Positions 10,335-23,610 of a DNA stretch of 64,000 nt are shown here, in pieces. The stretch covers positions 496,001-560,000 of the forward strand of contig CAUYUJ010000159.1 in NCBI GenBank assembly GCA_963575745.1, read 5' to 3'. Origin of the DNA: Prorocentrum cordatum. Taxonomy: Eukaryota. How positions within the stretch are numbered: the first letter of the stretch is position 1; each line of letters starts with the position of its first letter. The position numbers and the translations under genes are program-made. Under the pieces are notes generated by a model that made no database searches, had not been told where the DNA came from, and saw only the letters and a program-made list of their open reading frames with translations.

Positions 10335-12700
10335 ATGGCGGCAGGTGGTCAGGACTGGAAACTCCCGAGCACGCTTCCCGAGTTCACTAGATATGTGCCC
10401 CCCGGCTGGAAGCCGGGACTGCCAGACTACAGCTTCAAACAGTTCCAAGAACGTCTTCATCTATGGTGGCGGATCACCCCAGTTCAAGAAGAGGAGACTG
10501 GTCCGTTGGTTGCGAGCAGACTCCTGGACAAAGCTTTCGAAGTGGCAATGGGATTACGGATCACTCGAAATGGTGTGGTCCACACAGGCGACGGAGCGTT
10601 GGCTCTAGCCAAGCAAGAGCAGCAGGAGGACCCAGACGGCAACATCGTGCAGTAGGCCGACCTGTCGGGCATCGGACACCTTCTCAAGAAACTCACGGAC
10701 TGCTTCGAGATTCACGATCAAGATCGTCAGGGCGAGCTGCTTGACAAATTTTATGACACACGCGGAGGCACATCATCATTGCAGGACTACCTCATGACCT
10801 TCAAGCAACGGTATCAGGAAGCGGAATCTCGAGCACAGCTCAGCATCAACATGACCGGGCTGACACATCTCCTCTTCAAGTGGAGCGGCCTGCCGGCACG
10901 CAGGATCGCGGACATCAAGCTACACTTTGGCGGCGATCTCGACAAGTTCAATGAGATCTACAGCATGTTGAGTCGGATCGCAAAGCAGGAGATGGCAGCC
11001 GGACACACACATCATCAGCATTCTCATTACACAGAAGAATTGGATATGGAGCTGGATGATCAGCATTATCAGCTAACATACTATATGGACGACGACTGCG
11101 AGGACTCAGAGATAGACTTCGTGTACGACGAGGAGACCGATCTTCATTACAGAGAGTTCTACACGGAGTCAGGCGACTGGGCGTACGGCGCCTACGACAG
11201 CTACTGGACATGGTATGAGCAGGAGGAGATCGAGACATACCTGGACGAACTCGACCTCGCTGAAGCGTACCAGATGACCGGCTTCCGACCGAAGTGGCGT
11301 TTCCGAGGACGACGTAAAGGCAAAGGAAAAGGCAAGAAAGGCAAAGGACGAGGTCGCAGCCCCAGCAAGAACAACACTGGCAAGGCTCGCAAAGGCAAGG
11401 GCAAGAGCACCTCCAGTCACGACGCACACTATGGCGGAAAAGGCGGAAAGTGGGGCAGAGACAAATCACAGCACAACTCTGGGTGCAGCATTTGCGGATC
11501 GAAATGGCACAAAGACTCAGACTGCCCTGCTAAGCCGAAAGGAGGTCATGGAGCTGGCGACGCCAAGACGCACAACACGGGTTTCAGTCGTTATGACGAA
11601 GGTGGAGAACACTATCAAGATGTCGCAGAAACGTCAACTTCGTCAGGGAAATATTCAATGGACCACGAACACTTGGCAGCACAGAACTTCGAGGAGCGCA
11701 CTGGCAACATCGAGGATCAGGAGCGTTTCTGGACAAAAGGACGTGGAAAAGGCAAGAGCGGCAGACCTCTCATTGGAGCTCCCAGATGGCAGCGACAACG
11801 TGATGGTCTTGGACATCACCCACCTTGGTACACTGAGAAGCAGCACGCCGTCTCGGAGAACAGCCCATCTGCAGGTTCGTGGAGTTTGGTCTCGGATCGA
11901 GAAGAACCACGAGCATCGGATCAACATCATGACGAACGACCTGCAGGCAAGAAGGTGAGCTTCTCAGATTTGGCCAAGACATCGGACAACATTATCTCCA
12001 GCAGCAGCACGAGCAATATCAGATCACCGGTTACAGGCCTCAGCTCTGCATATCAGCTCCCTGAGCGACCTGTACGTCCGATGATTGTGGATTCAGATCT
12101 GAACGATTCCCTGGGAAGCGAGAGGTCAGCCAGACTTGGAAAAGGATCTCTATCGGAAGTTGTTCAACCACGTACCAACTTGTTTGCCGTCAATCTGCAC
12201 GCTCAGCCCCAGGATGAAAGTCAAGCTCTCATGACCAATGTACAGGGCGTACCTCGACTCGGACTCATCGTGGACCCAGGAGCTGCTAAAGGACTCGGAG
12301 GCACGGAGACGGTCAGAGAAATTTGCAGCCGGCTACTTTGGCCAAAGGGACAGAACATCTCGCTGAAGCAGTCCTTCTCCAAGTTGTCTGGCATAGACGG
12401 CACTCCGAGCCCATCGCTCGGACTTGGCACCATTCCACTTGATCTAAAGGCACTGCCTCGAAGCTCATTCTCAATGGATCTTCTGGGTGGATCGGGTTCC
12501 AGGTGCCCATGTCTGTTGCCGAACGAGTCCATCATCGAGCACGCCGGGTCCTTCTATGCCAACATCTTGCCCAACAAATATGGAATTTTGGTGATCTATC
12601 ACCTGGGAGCGATGGGCAAGAAGGTTGCGCCGACCCCATTCTTACGAATTCTGTACACGGACTCTGGACATTACTTATTGCCGATTGACGATCCATCGGC
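10335..12700 (+). pseudogene. gag: Copia gag + aspartic protease
   Basis: Gag N-terminus PPGW...RLHLWWRIT, zinc knuckle CSICGSKWHKDSDC (~11484), protease LIVDPGAAKGLGG (~12270) and TDSGHYLLPID. In-frame TAG at 10653. Confidence 0.85.
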
Positions 12701-13271
12701 CAACACAAGTGAAGAAGCTACGCTACTCCGCAATGCAGTAAAGGACTACATGGACTTCAGTATGGACACGAGCATGACAGCGAAGCCCCACGTACGGACA
12801 TCTCTATTGGCTCAGGATGGACAACGACCACCCGAAGCAGCTTTCCCGAGCACTACCCATGCGACGACGTCGGCTTCATATGGTGATGATGCAGTCTCAT
12901 ACAACAGTACCTCAGAAAGTAGAATAAGACCGAGATTGCCAGGTGTATCACATCACGTCGGGCAAGAATCACAACGAGAAGCACGAGGGTCGTCACGAAA
13001 TACATAGAAGAACAATGGAACATCGATATCGACGAGATCGACATCAGCGAAGGCCACATCACAGATCTTCAGACGCTGGGCATCATTCTCAGGAGACAGA
13101 TGGACTGGAACAAATGTGTGGCCAATTTCATGCGATACAGACGACATCAGCACTCTTGAGAAAAAGTACCTGGCTCTTCCCAAAGAATTCTATCAGTCAA
13201 ATCAGTTGCCAGTCATCACTCCGAGCAACGCAAAGAACTGGATGACTCACATGCATGGTTTCAGGATTCAC

Positions 13272-13890
13272 TTTCAAGAGCGTATGTCAGGTAGCGGAAG
13301 GATGTCGTTGATATGTTCACGTCTGGGACTTCTGGTGGCGTTTCCAGTTGACTACAGATATGGATGGAATCTGGCAGATACTCATCATCAGACTATCCTA
13401 TCTGAACTTCGTGAATATTTTGGCATTGGCGTGACATGGTGGGCTCCTACATGCACTCCATGGTCACAGGCATCGAAGGGAGATGCTGTCAAACGCCAAG
13501 CAGAACGAGATGCACAACATCCCACTTTTCAGTGGTGTGTACTGGACAATCAGGCGGGTCAAGTCCGGGGTGAGCACGCGGTCGTGGAGAATCCAGCCAC
13601 AAGCGACATCTGGACTCGATCAGTTCTCACCAGCCTGATTGACAATGGACTTCGTCAGCACGTTGGAGATCACTGTGCATTCGGTGCAGTCAATGAAGAG
13701 GGAGAACCTATCAGGAAGAGAACTAAGTACCTCAGCACTTTCAATTTGCGAGGACTCTCTCGTCACTGCAGATGCACATTCCCTCATGGCCAGCTTGTCG
13801 GACATTCAGCAGGAGTTCACCGGACAGCCAAGGCTGCAGTCTATCCAAAGATGCTATGTGACGCAGCTGGAAGAGAGATCGTGAAGGTCA
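13272..13890 (+). pseudogene. C5 cytosine DNA-methyltransferase domain within the copia polyprotein
   Basis: Motif I-like FQERMSGSG, catalytic APTC (13443-13454), ENP (13587), DHCAFG...RKRT and YPKMLC, in canonical order and in frame with gag/PR/IN. Confidence 0.8.
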
Positions 13891-14439
13891 TTGGTGTGAA
13901 ATACATGGATGCTGACGAGATCTACTACAATACTCACAGGATCATGCATACGAACGCGGCTTACTGGTCTTGCCCCAGATGCAGGCTGGGTACCAAGACA
14001 GATGTACCCCACACTCGGATACAGGGACAGTGTAAGATGGCTGGCTCAAAGGCACGAGATGCACCACAGCCAGCGGCCCCTGTTCTGGCTCCACCTCCTC
14101 ACGACTCTGATGATGAGGCTGCAGCAATCGAGGCTGTGGAACCTCCCGATCCACAAGAGCCTGCTGTTGTACCTCTTCACGAAGTACCTCTCGAGCCAGA
14201 GCATGTGGCAGAGCCTGAACCATCAGCACCGCCAGATGAGAATACAGACAAGACCGACATCATCAAGAAGGACTCTGAGACGCAGCACTCGAAAACACCA
14301 TCTGAGCAACCCGAACCAATGATTGCCAAAAAGGAGTGGTACGACGTGAAGCCGAGCTTCAACCTGTCCAAGTTGCTGGAACGACTATTAGAGGCATCTC
14401 AGAGCAAAGACAGAAAAGAATGCGTGCGATGCCTACTGG

Positions 14440-15430
14440 GTCTGCACATCCGTTTTTGGCACGCATCAATTCCAGATATGGCAATTCTGCTGGAGCCGGG
14501 TGACTGCTGGGACACCTTCATTGCGAAGATCCTGGTCGTCATCCCGAAAGCTTGCAAAGATTGCCGAGACTTTCAACCACCACCAACGAAACCACAAGTC
14601 GGTATCACCATGGCAGTCTACTTCAATCATCGGATTCAAATGGATGTGTTCTTCCAATGAGATGAATGCTACATTCTCGTCATCGACGAGTTCAGCAAGT
14701 ACAAGATCGCGGACTTCTTGCAGAACAGGACGGCAGAGGAGATCTTGAGTACCATTCTCCGTGGATGGATCAGATTCTTTGGACCTCCTACTTGGCTCAT
14801 TCTAGACCAGGAAGGCGGCATGGTCTCAGAGCTGGCATCACGCATGTGCGACAAGTTTCACATCAAACGACAGTATGCCGGAACCGCTGGTCATACTATG
14901 ACAGGCCTGGTTGAGCGATGGATATCTTTGGTGAGATTGTGTTCGCTCAAATTGAAGAAGAGCTGCCAATCACAAGGTCCCATGGTAAAGAACTCAGACA
15001 TCATCCAGGAGGCGGCAATGGTCTCTAACTCTCTGGTATCTTATGGAGGACAGTCTGCGAATCAAGTTGTCTTGGGATTCACGCCGCGGGACTACTATGA
15101 TATGGAAGCTACCGCTCTGGATTCAGTTGCACCAGCTGGCGAAGCATGCCCAGACCCGTTTGAATCAGCACTGAGGTTGAGGATGCAGGCAAAGATAGCA
15201 ATGGCCAAGAGCTTGGTGGAAGAAAGGATTGCGCGGTGCAACAGGACAAGACAGCAGCAGCCACCACCTGGACAACGACTCCAGCCTGGTGAGCCTGTTA
15301 ACATCTATCGAGTGCCAGAGCGTAAGGAACAATCAGGATGGCGAGGGCCAGCAGAACTTGTCAAGCTCTCTCAGGGCACTGGCATTGTGGTCTGGAATGG
15401 TATTCCATACATCCTGCCGACACGCCACAT
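14440..15430 (+). pseudogene. Integrase (HHCC, DDE core, C-terminal WRGP motif)
   Basis: HIRFWH...CKDC, QMDVFF, VIDEFS, WIRFFGPP..LILDQEGG, GLVER. TGA at 14658 is probably a former TGG. Confidence 0.9.
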
Positions 15431-17399
15431 CAGGAGACACACGGTGAACGTTGAGAAGCTAAAACTGGGTGAAGGACAGACAGAGGACCTCAGAGGACAA
15501 TGCTGCCCTCGAGAATCTTATGAACCTGATCGACGGCACAGCATATGGACAGTACATCAGACCGGGGAAGGTCTTCAGCAATTCTGGAGTCATCTGCAAG
15601 CCTCCTGTGCATCAACTACGTCTACTTCAACATTGGAATATGTGTCTTCAAATCTTTCAGAGGGTCTTCCACCTCAAGAGCATCGACGGCATCGTATACG
15701 GAACCTCAGTACGCAAGATACCAGCCTTGGATCGGATGTATCACGGTCTTCTGGTGGCATGGTCACGATCACAACACAATGACTACCTGGCGCAAGAGGT
15801 CAGACCGGACAAGGGCATCAACATCACAGACTACACCAAGAATGGCTGGGAAGACAAATCTTTTCTGCTGTTCTATCGGATGGATATGCCAGTGAACCCT
15901 TACCTGGATGAGTATGAGATTCCCAATCTGGATGAGTGGAGCAACATCGAGGTTCTTCCTGGGAGCATGGGAGACGTGGATCAGGGCATCAAGGACATGG
16001 TCAGTATGTTGCCAGGTGACGACGACTGGAGTGACAGCATCATGTCGTATACACCGAGCGAGCACAACAGATCCATGATCAAGAAGACCTCACTTCATGA
16101 TTCGCTCATTCTTCCACCTGATCTCGGTAAATCTTTCGAGACAGCGAGGTCAAAGAAGTCATCGAAAGCGCGCCGAGGAATAATCTCTCCTCGGAGCTCA
16201 GTATGATCATCACGGACACCAGTGACGACCAGATTGTGCAGAACACGGTTGGGCCAAATCGGGACATCAGTTTCAGGACGCCTGAACGGGGACGTAGCTC
16301 ACGGGATGGTGACACACAGCAGTCACTCGATCCTCCGCCTGCTGTACAGAACCAGCAGCAGCACCAGGTCCCTCTTCAGGCACAACCCCTGGACATGACA
16401 AAACCAATCAGTGACATTGTGGCTGAAGATATGGATCTCACCGGACCTCTGAGCGATATCATGACACAGACTATGACCATAGACACGTCTAATGAACATC
16501 ATAAGCAGCAACCTACACCAGCACCTAGCGCGGCACCACCGACAGCTACCCCTGCAGCATCGAGTTCAACAGCACCACCGACATCGGGAACGACAGCGCC
16601 AACGGCTACATAATCTTCGGCATCCACGAGCAGAACTCAAAGAGCCATGGACACAGCTACTTCTTCAGGGGCCTCTCAGAAACGTCAACACGAAGACGTC
16701 GCACCTGGATTGTCTACGTCAATGGAACAGCCAGCGTACAGACCATACGCTGGGCCCTCCTTGGATTTCAAGACTGACACAATGCAGAATCCAAGTGGCA
16801 CGGTGATCTCGGAGATAGACCTTACCAAGGAGATGAGCAGGATAATCAACGAGGACAACAAGCAGGAAAGCTCAGCAATAGACCTCACAAAGGAGATGAG
16901 CAGGATACTTGAAGAAGATGATCATCAGGTTGCACCAACCGACATAGACAATCAAGATGTACCTGCTGTCGATGGAGATCAGACACCTCTGCCCGGAGTC
17001 GGACCGCAGGACTGGGACCATCTACAAGCGCTGCCAGGAGTAGCGCCAATTCCGATCGAACTGCCAGTACAGGTCGAACTACCAGAACGGCATGATGATC
17101 CCACACCGATCCAGGACATGTTCTCATCACGACGCACCACAGAGGGTGCCATGAACCTGACCGACGAGGAAGCTGGCATAATCAACACTACGCGGAGTTC
17201 ATATCTCATGGATAGATAGCATGGCCACAGTTCTGGAACAGCAACGTCAGGCACTTCATTATGCAGATGAACTCTCCCAAGCGTCGCTTCCTTGGACGAA
17301 GACCTCGGCCGCTTGGGTCATTTCAGGCCCCTGGCGTCAACATCAGTGCTTTCTCTTTGACATGCGAACTGGAGAGTCAATTTCCTACGCAGCACAGGC

Positions 17400-19476
17400 C
17401 GACGACAACCTCTCGGAACAAGACGTTTTCGAGCACTGGGACCTCATTGAGATTGCGGACAAGGCTGAATTGACGGCGTTTGTGAATCACTCAGTGTTTG
17501 CCTGCACTGCCATCAAGAGTTTAGACTCCAAGAACATCATCGACGCGGTCTGGGTCAGAAAATGGAAGTTCAACGTAAAAAACCAGAAGTGGGAAGTAAA
17601 AAGCAGGCTGTGTGGCAGAGGATTTGATTGCCAGAAACATCAGATCCAACGCCACTCGAGCACGGCATCCCGAATCAGTCAGAAGCTTGTGGTCAGCATG
17701 GCCCAGTGTCATCATGGGACAGATCTGGAAAGTTCGGATATTCCAACAGCCTTTCTGCAAGGGCTATCGTTTGAGGAACTTCGCAAGCGTTCAAAGGAGC
17801 TCAAACTGTCGTGCACCACAGTCAGGAAGATCTATTTGAATCCACCGGCGAACGTCTGGAGGCATCTCGCTGGAATCGAAGTTAGTCCAGTCGTAGTTGC
17901 ACCGGAAGATTATGGACTATTTCTACTGGAACTTCTCAAGCCGATGTATGGGCTGGTGGATGCACCACATCTGTGGCAAATATCACTCACGTTGTATTTG
18001 GTATCCCAGATGGAAGCGAGGATCAGCCTGTGGGACGACAATTTCGTATACTGGACAAGGAAGGATCTTCATGTACTCATGGCTCGACATCCCAACTTGG
18101 CAAAATAATGCGGAATACCAGATGCACTTCTCAACAACGACATCGATCGACTCGCAGCTTGTTTATCTATTCATGTGGATGACTTGCTATCGGAATCGAA
18201 AGAGAGCATCTTGAACTTCTGGAGGCAGCTTCTTGAGAGGAAATTCGGAACAGTGAAGAGACAGAAAATGCCATTCACTCATAACGGAGCTCAGTATCAA
18301 CGACTTGCCACTGACAGCATCGTGATTCAACAAGTGAAAGCACTCAGCAACATCAAGATGTGTGAGGCTCCGGACCAGGACGACGACAAGCTGGTTTCGG
18401 CACAGTATGCGCACGGCTTCAGGAGCATTCTTACGAGTTTACTTGTCCTATGTCAGTGCAATGTTCATATCATGACGGAGGTCACGCAACTTCAGGGTTT
18501 CAACAATGAGCCGAAGGTCATGCACTTGAAGAAGGCGAACTCTGTGTTAAAAAAGGCTCTCGCGAACAATCGACATGTAGGATTACATTACCCCAGAATG
18601 GTTGGCCCCTTCTGTATCAAAGCCATTGGAGATGCGAACCACACGACGAGAACGAGCGTGTATCCGCAGGAAGGTCAGGTCATACTGTTAATGCAGGATG
18701 AGGAGATTCACCCCGACAGCAAGACCGACGAGATCAAAGACAAGAGCTGTTTCAGTGGTCTCTGCCATCCAATGGCTATTCTATCCAAGAAGGCAGAGAA
18801 GGTTGCACACTCTACTTCAATGGGAGAGACCAACTGCGCCCTGAGCGTGGTCAGCAATGCACAGAGGATTGCCCTACGTATCACAGAGATGCAGATGGAC
18901 CAGAACATTCCACAGCATGATCGAATCAGAGCTGTGGTGGACATCAATACCCGTGGAGCTTATGAGATCGCAATCGACCACTACACCGACTGCAAGGATG
19001 TGTTCGAACTCGTCACCGGACTACGTGGAGTTCCTCCGGATAAGCAACAGAGGCTTCCCATGATGGCGCTGCGAGAGGAGCGCATCACGACGAGAACTCG
19101 GTGGACGGTACATGTGCCCACGGAAGTGATGGTGGCAGATGATATGACTAAACCTGGAGTGTTCAAGCAGAGGATGAAGCTTCTTACCACAGGATGGTTA
19201 GATATGGAAATGACTACGGAGGTGGCGACGGGACGACGTATTCTTCATCGCCCAAGCGAATATACAAAATCAGATCTATTGAATATCCAGAAGTTTGACA
19301 ACACCGGAAGATTCGAGAATGATACTACAACGTACAAAATGGACTATATGGAGACTTCGAGCAGTTATCCGGTGAAGGACATTAACATCGAGAACGAGCA
19401 GTTCTTAATTCATGAGGCCTGCCGCGGCCAGTCGTTGTTCTCTCACTCTGCCTCCTTTCTCTCTCACCTTAATTGA
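17400..19476 (+). pseudogene. pol: Copia reverse transcriptase and RNase H
   Basis: WVRKWK...KSRLCGRG, DIPTAFLQG, KPMYGLVDAP, IHVDDLL (TAA at 18106); RNase H IGDANH, YTDCKD, LRE, VADDMTK. Confidence 0.92.
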
Positions 19477-19566
19477 ATTCCGAGCTTTGCCACCGCTCGG
19501 TTGCTGCATTTATCTGTTGTATCGGATACAGATCCGTTTGCAGTTTCAGTCTCAGACAGATACCGT

Positions 19567-19581
19567 AGAAAGTAGAATAAG
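19567..19581 (+). promoter_or_regulatory. Polypurine tract
   Basis: AGAAAGTAGAATAAG directly before the 3' LTR. Confidence 0.85.
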
Positions 19582-19730
19582 ACTGAGATTGCAGGTGTAG
19601 GTTTGTAAGAAGTATTCTCAGATGCAGTAGCAGCAGTTCAGTGTGATAGATGGACAGCAAGGTTGTCCGTACTGAAACGTTCTGGCTTCAAGGAGCGGGT
19701 TTCGCGCGTTCATAGACTAAACATTTCAGT
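19582..19730 (+). repeat. 3' LTR (149 bp)
   Basis: Direct repeat of 9921-10069. Confidence 0.95.
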
Positions 19731-20090
19731 CCCACCACAGTCCCATTGTCCCCACTGTTCGCACCACTGTCCCCAGTCCCCAACTGTCCCCGCCGCTGTC
19801 CCACTGTGCTGTCCCACTGTGCTGTCCCACTGTCCCCACCACTGTCCCACTGTCCCCACTGTCACCATCACTCTCCCCACTGTACCACTGTCACACCACC
19901 GTCCTCACCGCCGCCTTCACCACTGTCCCCACCACTACCGTCCCCAACACTGTCCCACTGTCCCCACCACAGTCCCGCTGTCCCATCGCCACTGTCCCCA
20001 CCACCACCGTCCCCACCACTGTCCCACTGTCCCCGCCACTGGAGTCCCCACCGCTGTCCTAGTGTCCCCACCAGTGTCCCACTGTCCCGA
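19731..20090. repeat. CCACTGTCC(C) minisatellite, right part
   Basis: Same unit as 9200-9920. Confidence 0.9.
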
Positions 20091-21269
20091 GGAGCGAGAA
20101 TCGTTTGCCGGCAGCGAAGGGGGGGGGTCGAACTGGTAGTCACCCCCTCCCCCTTTTCATGATGAACGGGGGGTGGAGGGGGGGGTTCGAACCGGTAGTG
20201 ACCCCCCCTCGTGACCCCCCTCGGTTTTCGAGCGGGGGGGGAGAGGGTTGGAACCCCCAATGACCCCCCCCCCCCGGTTTCCCGCAAGCCAAAATAAAAC
20301 ACGCTCTTTCCAATCTGGGGAGGACACCCGTGAAATCCTCGTCGACCGTGGTTCATTAACTATCTAACAAAGATAAAACTAAGGCTAAGTCTGATATAAT
20401 TCGATGACGAACATCAATTCATGATCTTATGGCGGAGTTGTCGGTGACCCCACCCCAGCTGCATTACTATCTTTCCAGAGTGAAAACCCAAGTTCACTAT
20501 TCCAGAACAATAAACCGTGGCTGATGTTCTCCCCGTGAGGCGCCAGGGTCGGGGAAAGAAAGAAGAATTATAGCCGGAGCGCAGTATCCCCAAACAGGAT
20601 TAAACGAGGGGTTGGGCACAAGAGCAGGAAAAATCAACGAATCGACACCGGATGTGTATTAACTTGACACGTTCTGATAGGGGGCCTCCTGGGACCTCCT
20701 GGGACCCTCCTGGGAATCTCCTGGGGACCCCTGGGGCCTGTCCTGGGCGTTCTGCGACCTCTTGATGCTCTCTGGGGCCTCCTGGGGCTCCCAGGGTCCC
20801 AGGGGGGATATGTAACATGTGGTCTTCTGGGCCCCCAGGCTGGACCACCTCTTGCGCGGCATCTGGGAGCTCAGAATTACGAGAATCGGAGGTGAGGGGG
20901 TGAGATCGAAGTGGAACGGAGAGCCCCCCTACCGGGAAATCGATTTCGGTTTCGTCTTCGTGCGTGCCGTGCGTGCGGGCGAGGCGAAGCTGCGTGGGCG
21001 GGCGAGAGGAAAGTCTCCTGTGGCTGAGGCGCGGCCGGACCAAATGATTCTCCACCGGGCGGCCGGTGGCGCGCGGTGTCCCGCCGGTGTCCGGGTGGAG
21101 TCCTCTGTGGCTGAGGCGCGGCCGGACCAAACGATTCTCCACCGGGCGGCCGGTGGCGCGCGGTGTCCCGCCGGTGTCCCGCCGGTGTCCCGTCGGTGTC
21201 CCGTCGGTGTCCCGATGATGATGATGTTGATGATGATGATGATAGTGCTGATGATGATGGTGATGATGA

Positions 21270-21925
21270 TATCGATAGAGAGACCGAATGTGATATCGAT
21301 AGTGTGAGACCGAATGTGAGATCGATTGTGAGATCGATTGTGATATCGATAGTGAAATCGATAGTGAGACCGAAAGTGAGATTGATTGTGAGATCGATTG
21401 TGAGATCGATAGTGAGATCGATTGTGAGATCGATTGTGATATCGATAATGAGATCGATAGTGAGACCGAATGTGAGATCGATAGTGAGATCGATAGTGAG
21501 ATCGATAGTGAGATCGATAGTGAGACCGAATGTGAGATCGATGGTGAGATCGATAGTGATATCGATAGTGAGATCGATAGTGAGACCGAATGTGAGATCG
21601 ATAGTGAAATCGATAGTGAGACCGATTGTGAGATCGATTGTGAGATCGATTGTGATATCGATAATGAGATCGATAGTGAGACCGAATGTGAGATCGATTG
21701 TGAGATCGATAGTGAGATCGATAGTGAGATCGATAGTGAGACCGAATGTGAGATCGATTGTGAGATCGATAGTGATATCGATAGTGAGATCGATAGTGAG
21801 ACCGAATGTGAGATCGATAGGGAAATCGATAGTGAGACCGAATGGGAGATCGATAGTGAGATCGATAGGCAGACTGAATGTGAGATCGATAGTGAGATCG
21901 ATAGTGATATCGAGAGTGAGATCGA
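21270..21925. repeat. 12-bp tandem repeat GAGATCGATAGT and variants
   Basis: About 50 units (gagatcgatagt / gagaccgaatgt / gatatcgatagt). Confidence 0.95.
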
Positions 21926-21998
21926 TCGAGTGCGACGCTGGTCCCTCCACCCCCCTCACCTCCTTATCACCCGAAGGGTGGTCGTATAGGTATCTTGT

Positions 21999-23610
21999 GC
22001 GAAACGCGCCGGACCACCTTGCGCACGGCATCTCAGAGCTCAGAGTTGCGAGGATGTCTCAAGCGAGAGGGGCCGGACCACCTCGCGCGCGACGATGTCT
22101 CGGGCGAAACGTGCTGCGAGGAAGTCTCAGGCGAAACGGGCCGGACCACCTCGAGCGCAGCGTCTCAAAGCTCCGAGTTGCGGGGGCCTCCTGGGGCCTC
22201 CTGGGGCCTCCTGGGGCCTCCTGGGGACCTCCTGGGGCTTCCTCCTGGGCATCCTGTGGCCTCCTGGACCGCACCTGGGGCTTCCTGAAGCCTCTTGGGG
22301 CTCCCAGGGGGGGATATCTAACATGTGGCCGTCGGGGCCCCCCAAAATGAGGCGGTGGGCACAAGAGCAGGAAAAATCAACGAATCGACACCGGATGTGT
22401 ATTAACTTGACACGTTCTGATAGGGGGCCTCCTGGGGCCTCCTGAGACCCTCCTGGGAATCTCCTGGGGACCCCTGGGGCATGTCCTGGGCGTCCTGCGG
22501 CCTCCTGAAGCTCTCTGGGGCCTCCTGCGGCTCCTAGGGTCCCAGGGGGGATATGTAACATGTGGTCTTCTGGGCCCCCAGGCTGGACCACCTCTTGCGC
22601 GGCATCTGGGAGCTCAGAGCTACGAGAATATCTTGTGCGAAACAGGCCGGACCACCTTGCGCACGGCATCTCAGAGTTCAGAGTTGCGAGGATGTCTCAA
22701 GCGAGACGGGCCGGACCACGTCGCGCGCGGCATCTCCGAGGTCAGAGTTGCGAGGACGTCTCAAGCGAAATGGGCTGGACCACCTCTTGCGCGGCAGCTC
22801 AGAGCTCAGATTTTCGAGGATGTCTCAGGCGACACGGGCCAGACCACCTCGCGCGCGGCATCTGGGAGCTCAGAATTTGGAAGATGTCTCAGACGAAACA
22901 GGCCGGACCACCTCTCGCGCGGCATCTCGGAATGCAAATTTTGAGGATGTCTCCAGCGTAACAGTCTGGACCACCTCTTGGGCGGCATCTCGGGGCTCAG
23001 AGTTTGGAGAATGTCTGAAGCGAAACGGGCCGGACCACCTCTCGCGCGGCATCAGAGAGCGCAGAGTTGCGAGGATGTCTCAAGTGAAACGGGCCGGGCC
23101 ACCTCGCGCACGGCATAACAGGGCTCAGAGTTTGGAGGATGTCTCAGGCGAAACGGGCTGGACCACCTCTTGCGCGGCATCTCGGAGCCCAGAGTTTGGA
23201 GGATGTCTCAGGCGAAACGGGCTGGACCACCTCTTGCGCGGCATATCAGAATTCAGAAATGCGAGGATGTCTCAAGCGAAACGCGACGGACCACCTCGCG
23301 CACGGCATCTTAGAGCTTAGAGTTTGGAAGATGTCTCAGGCGATACGGGCCGGACCACCTCTCGCGCGGCATCTGGGAGCTCAGAATTTGGAAGATGTCT
23401 CAGGCGAAACGGGCCGGACCACCTCTCGCGCGGTATCTGAGAGCTCAGAGTTTCGAGGATGTCTCAGGCGAAACTGGCCGGACCACCTCTTGCACGGCAT
23501 CTGGGAACTCAGAGTTTGGAGGATGTCTCACGCGAAACGCCCAATCCCGGACAAGTCAGAAAAGAGAGTTGCGAGGATGTCTCAGGCGAAACAGCCCAGA
23601 CCACCACATT
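21999..23610. repeat. ~64-bp tandem satellite (gcgaaacgggccggaccacctc...gaggatgtctca)
   Basis: About 16 units at 64-bp period from 22637, plus ~3 units at 21999-22180. Confidence 0.9.

Larger units (their letters stand above)
9921..19730 (+). mobile_element. Full-length degenerate Ty1/copia LTR retrotransposon with a DNA-methyltransferase domain
   Basis: Two 149-bp LTRs, TSD CCCAC (9916-9920 / 19731-19735), PBS, PPT, and domain order gag-PR-(DNMT)-IN-RT-RH. Confidence 0.95.

Noticed and set aside
20877..22350. IDLT- and VRSI-repeat ORFs of 384 and 395 aa
   Set aside because: Translations of the 12-bp satellite.
21999..23610. CRISPR-like regular repeat
   Set aside because: Units are contiguous with no unique spacers, no cas genes are present, and the context is eukaryotic; it is a satellite.
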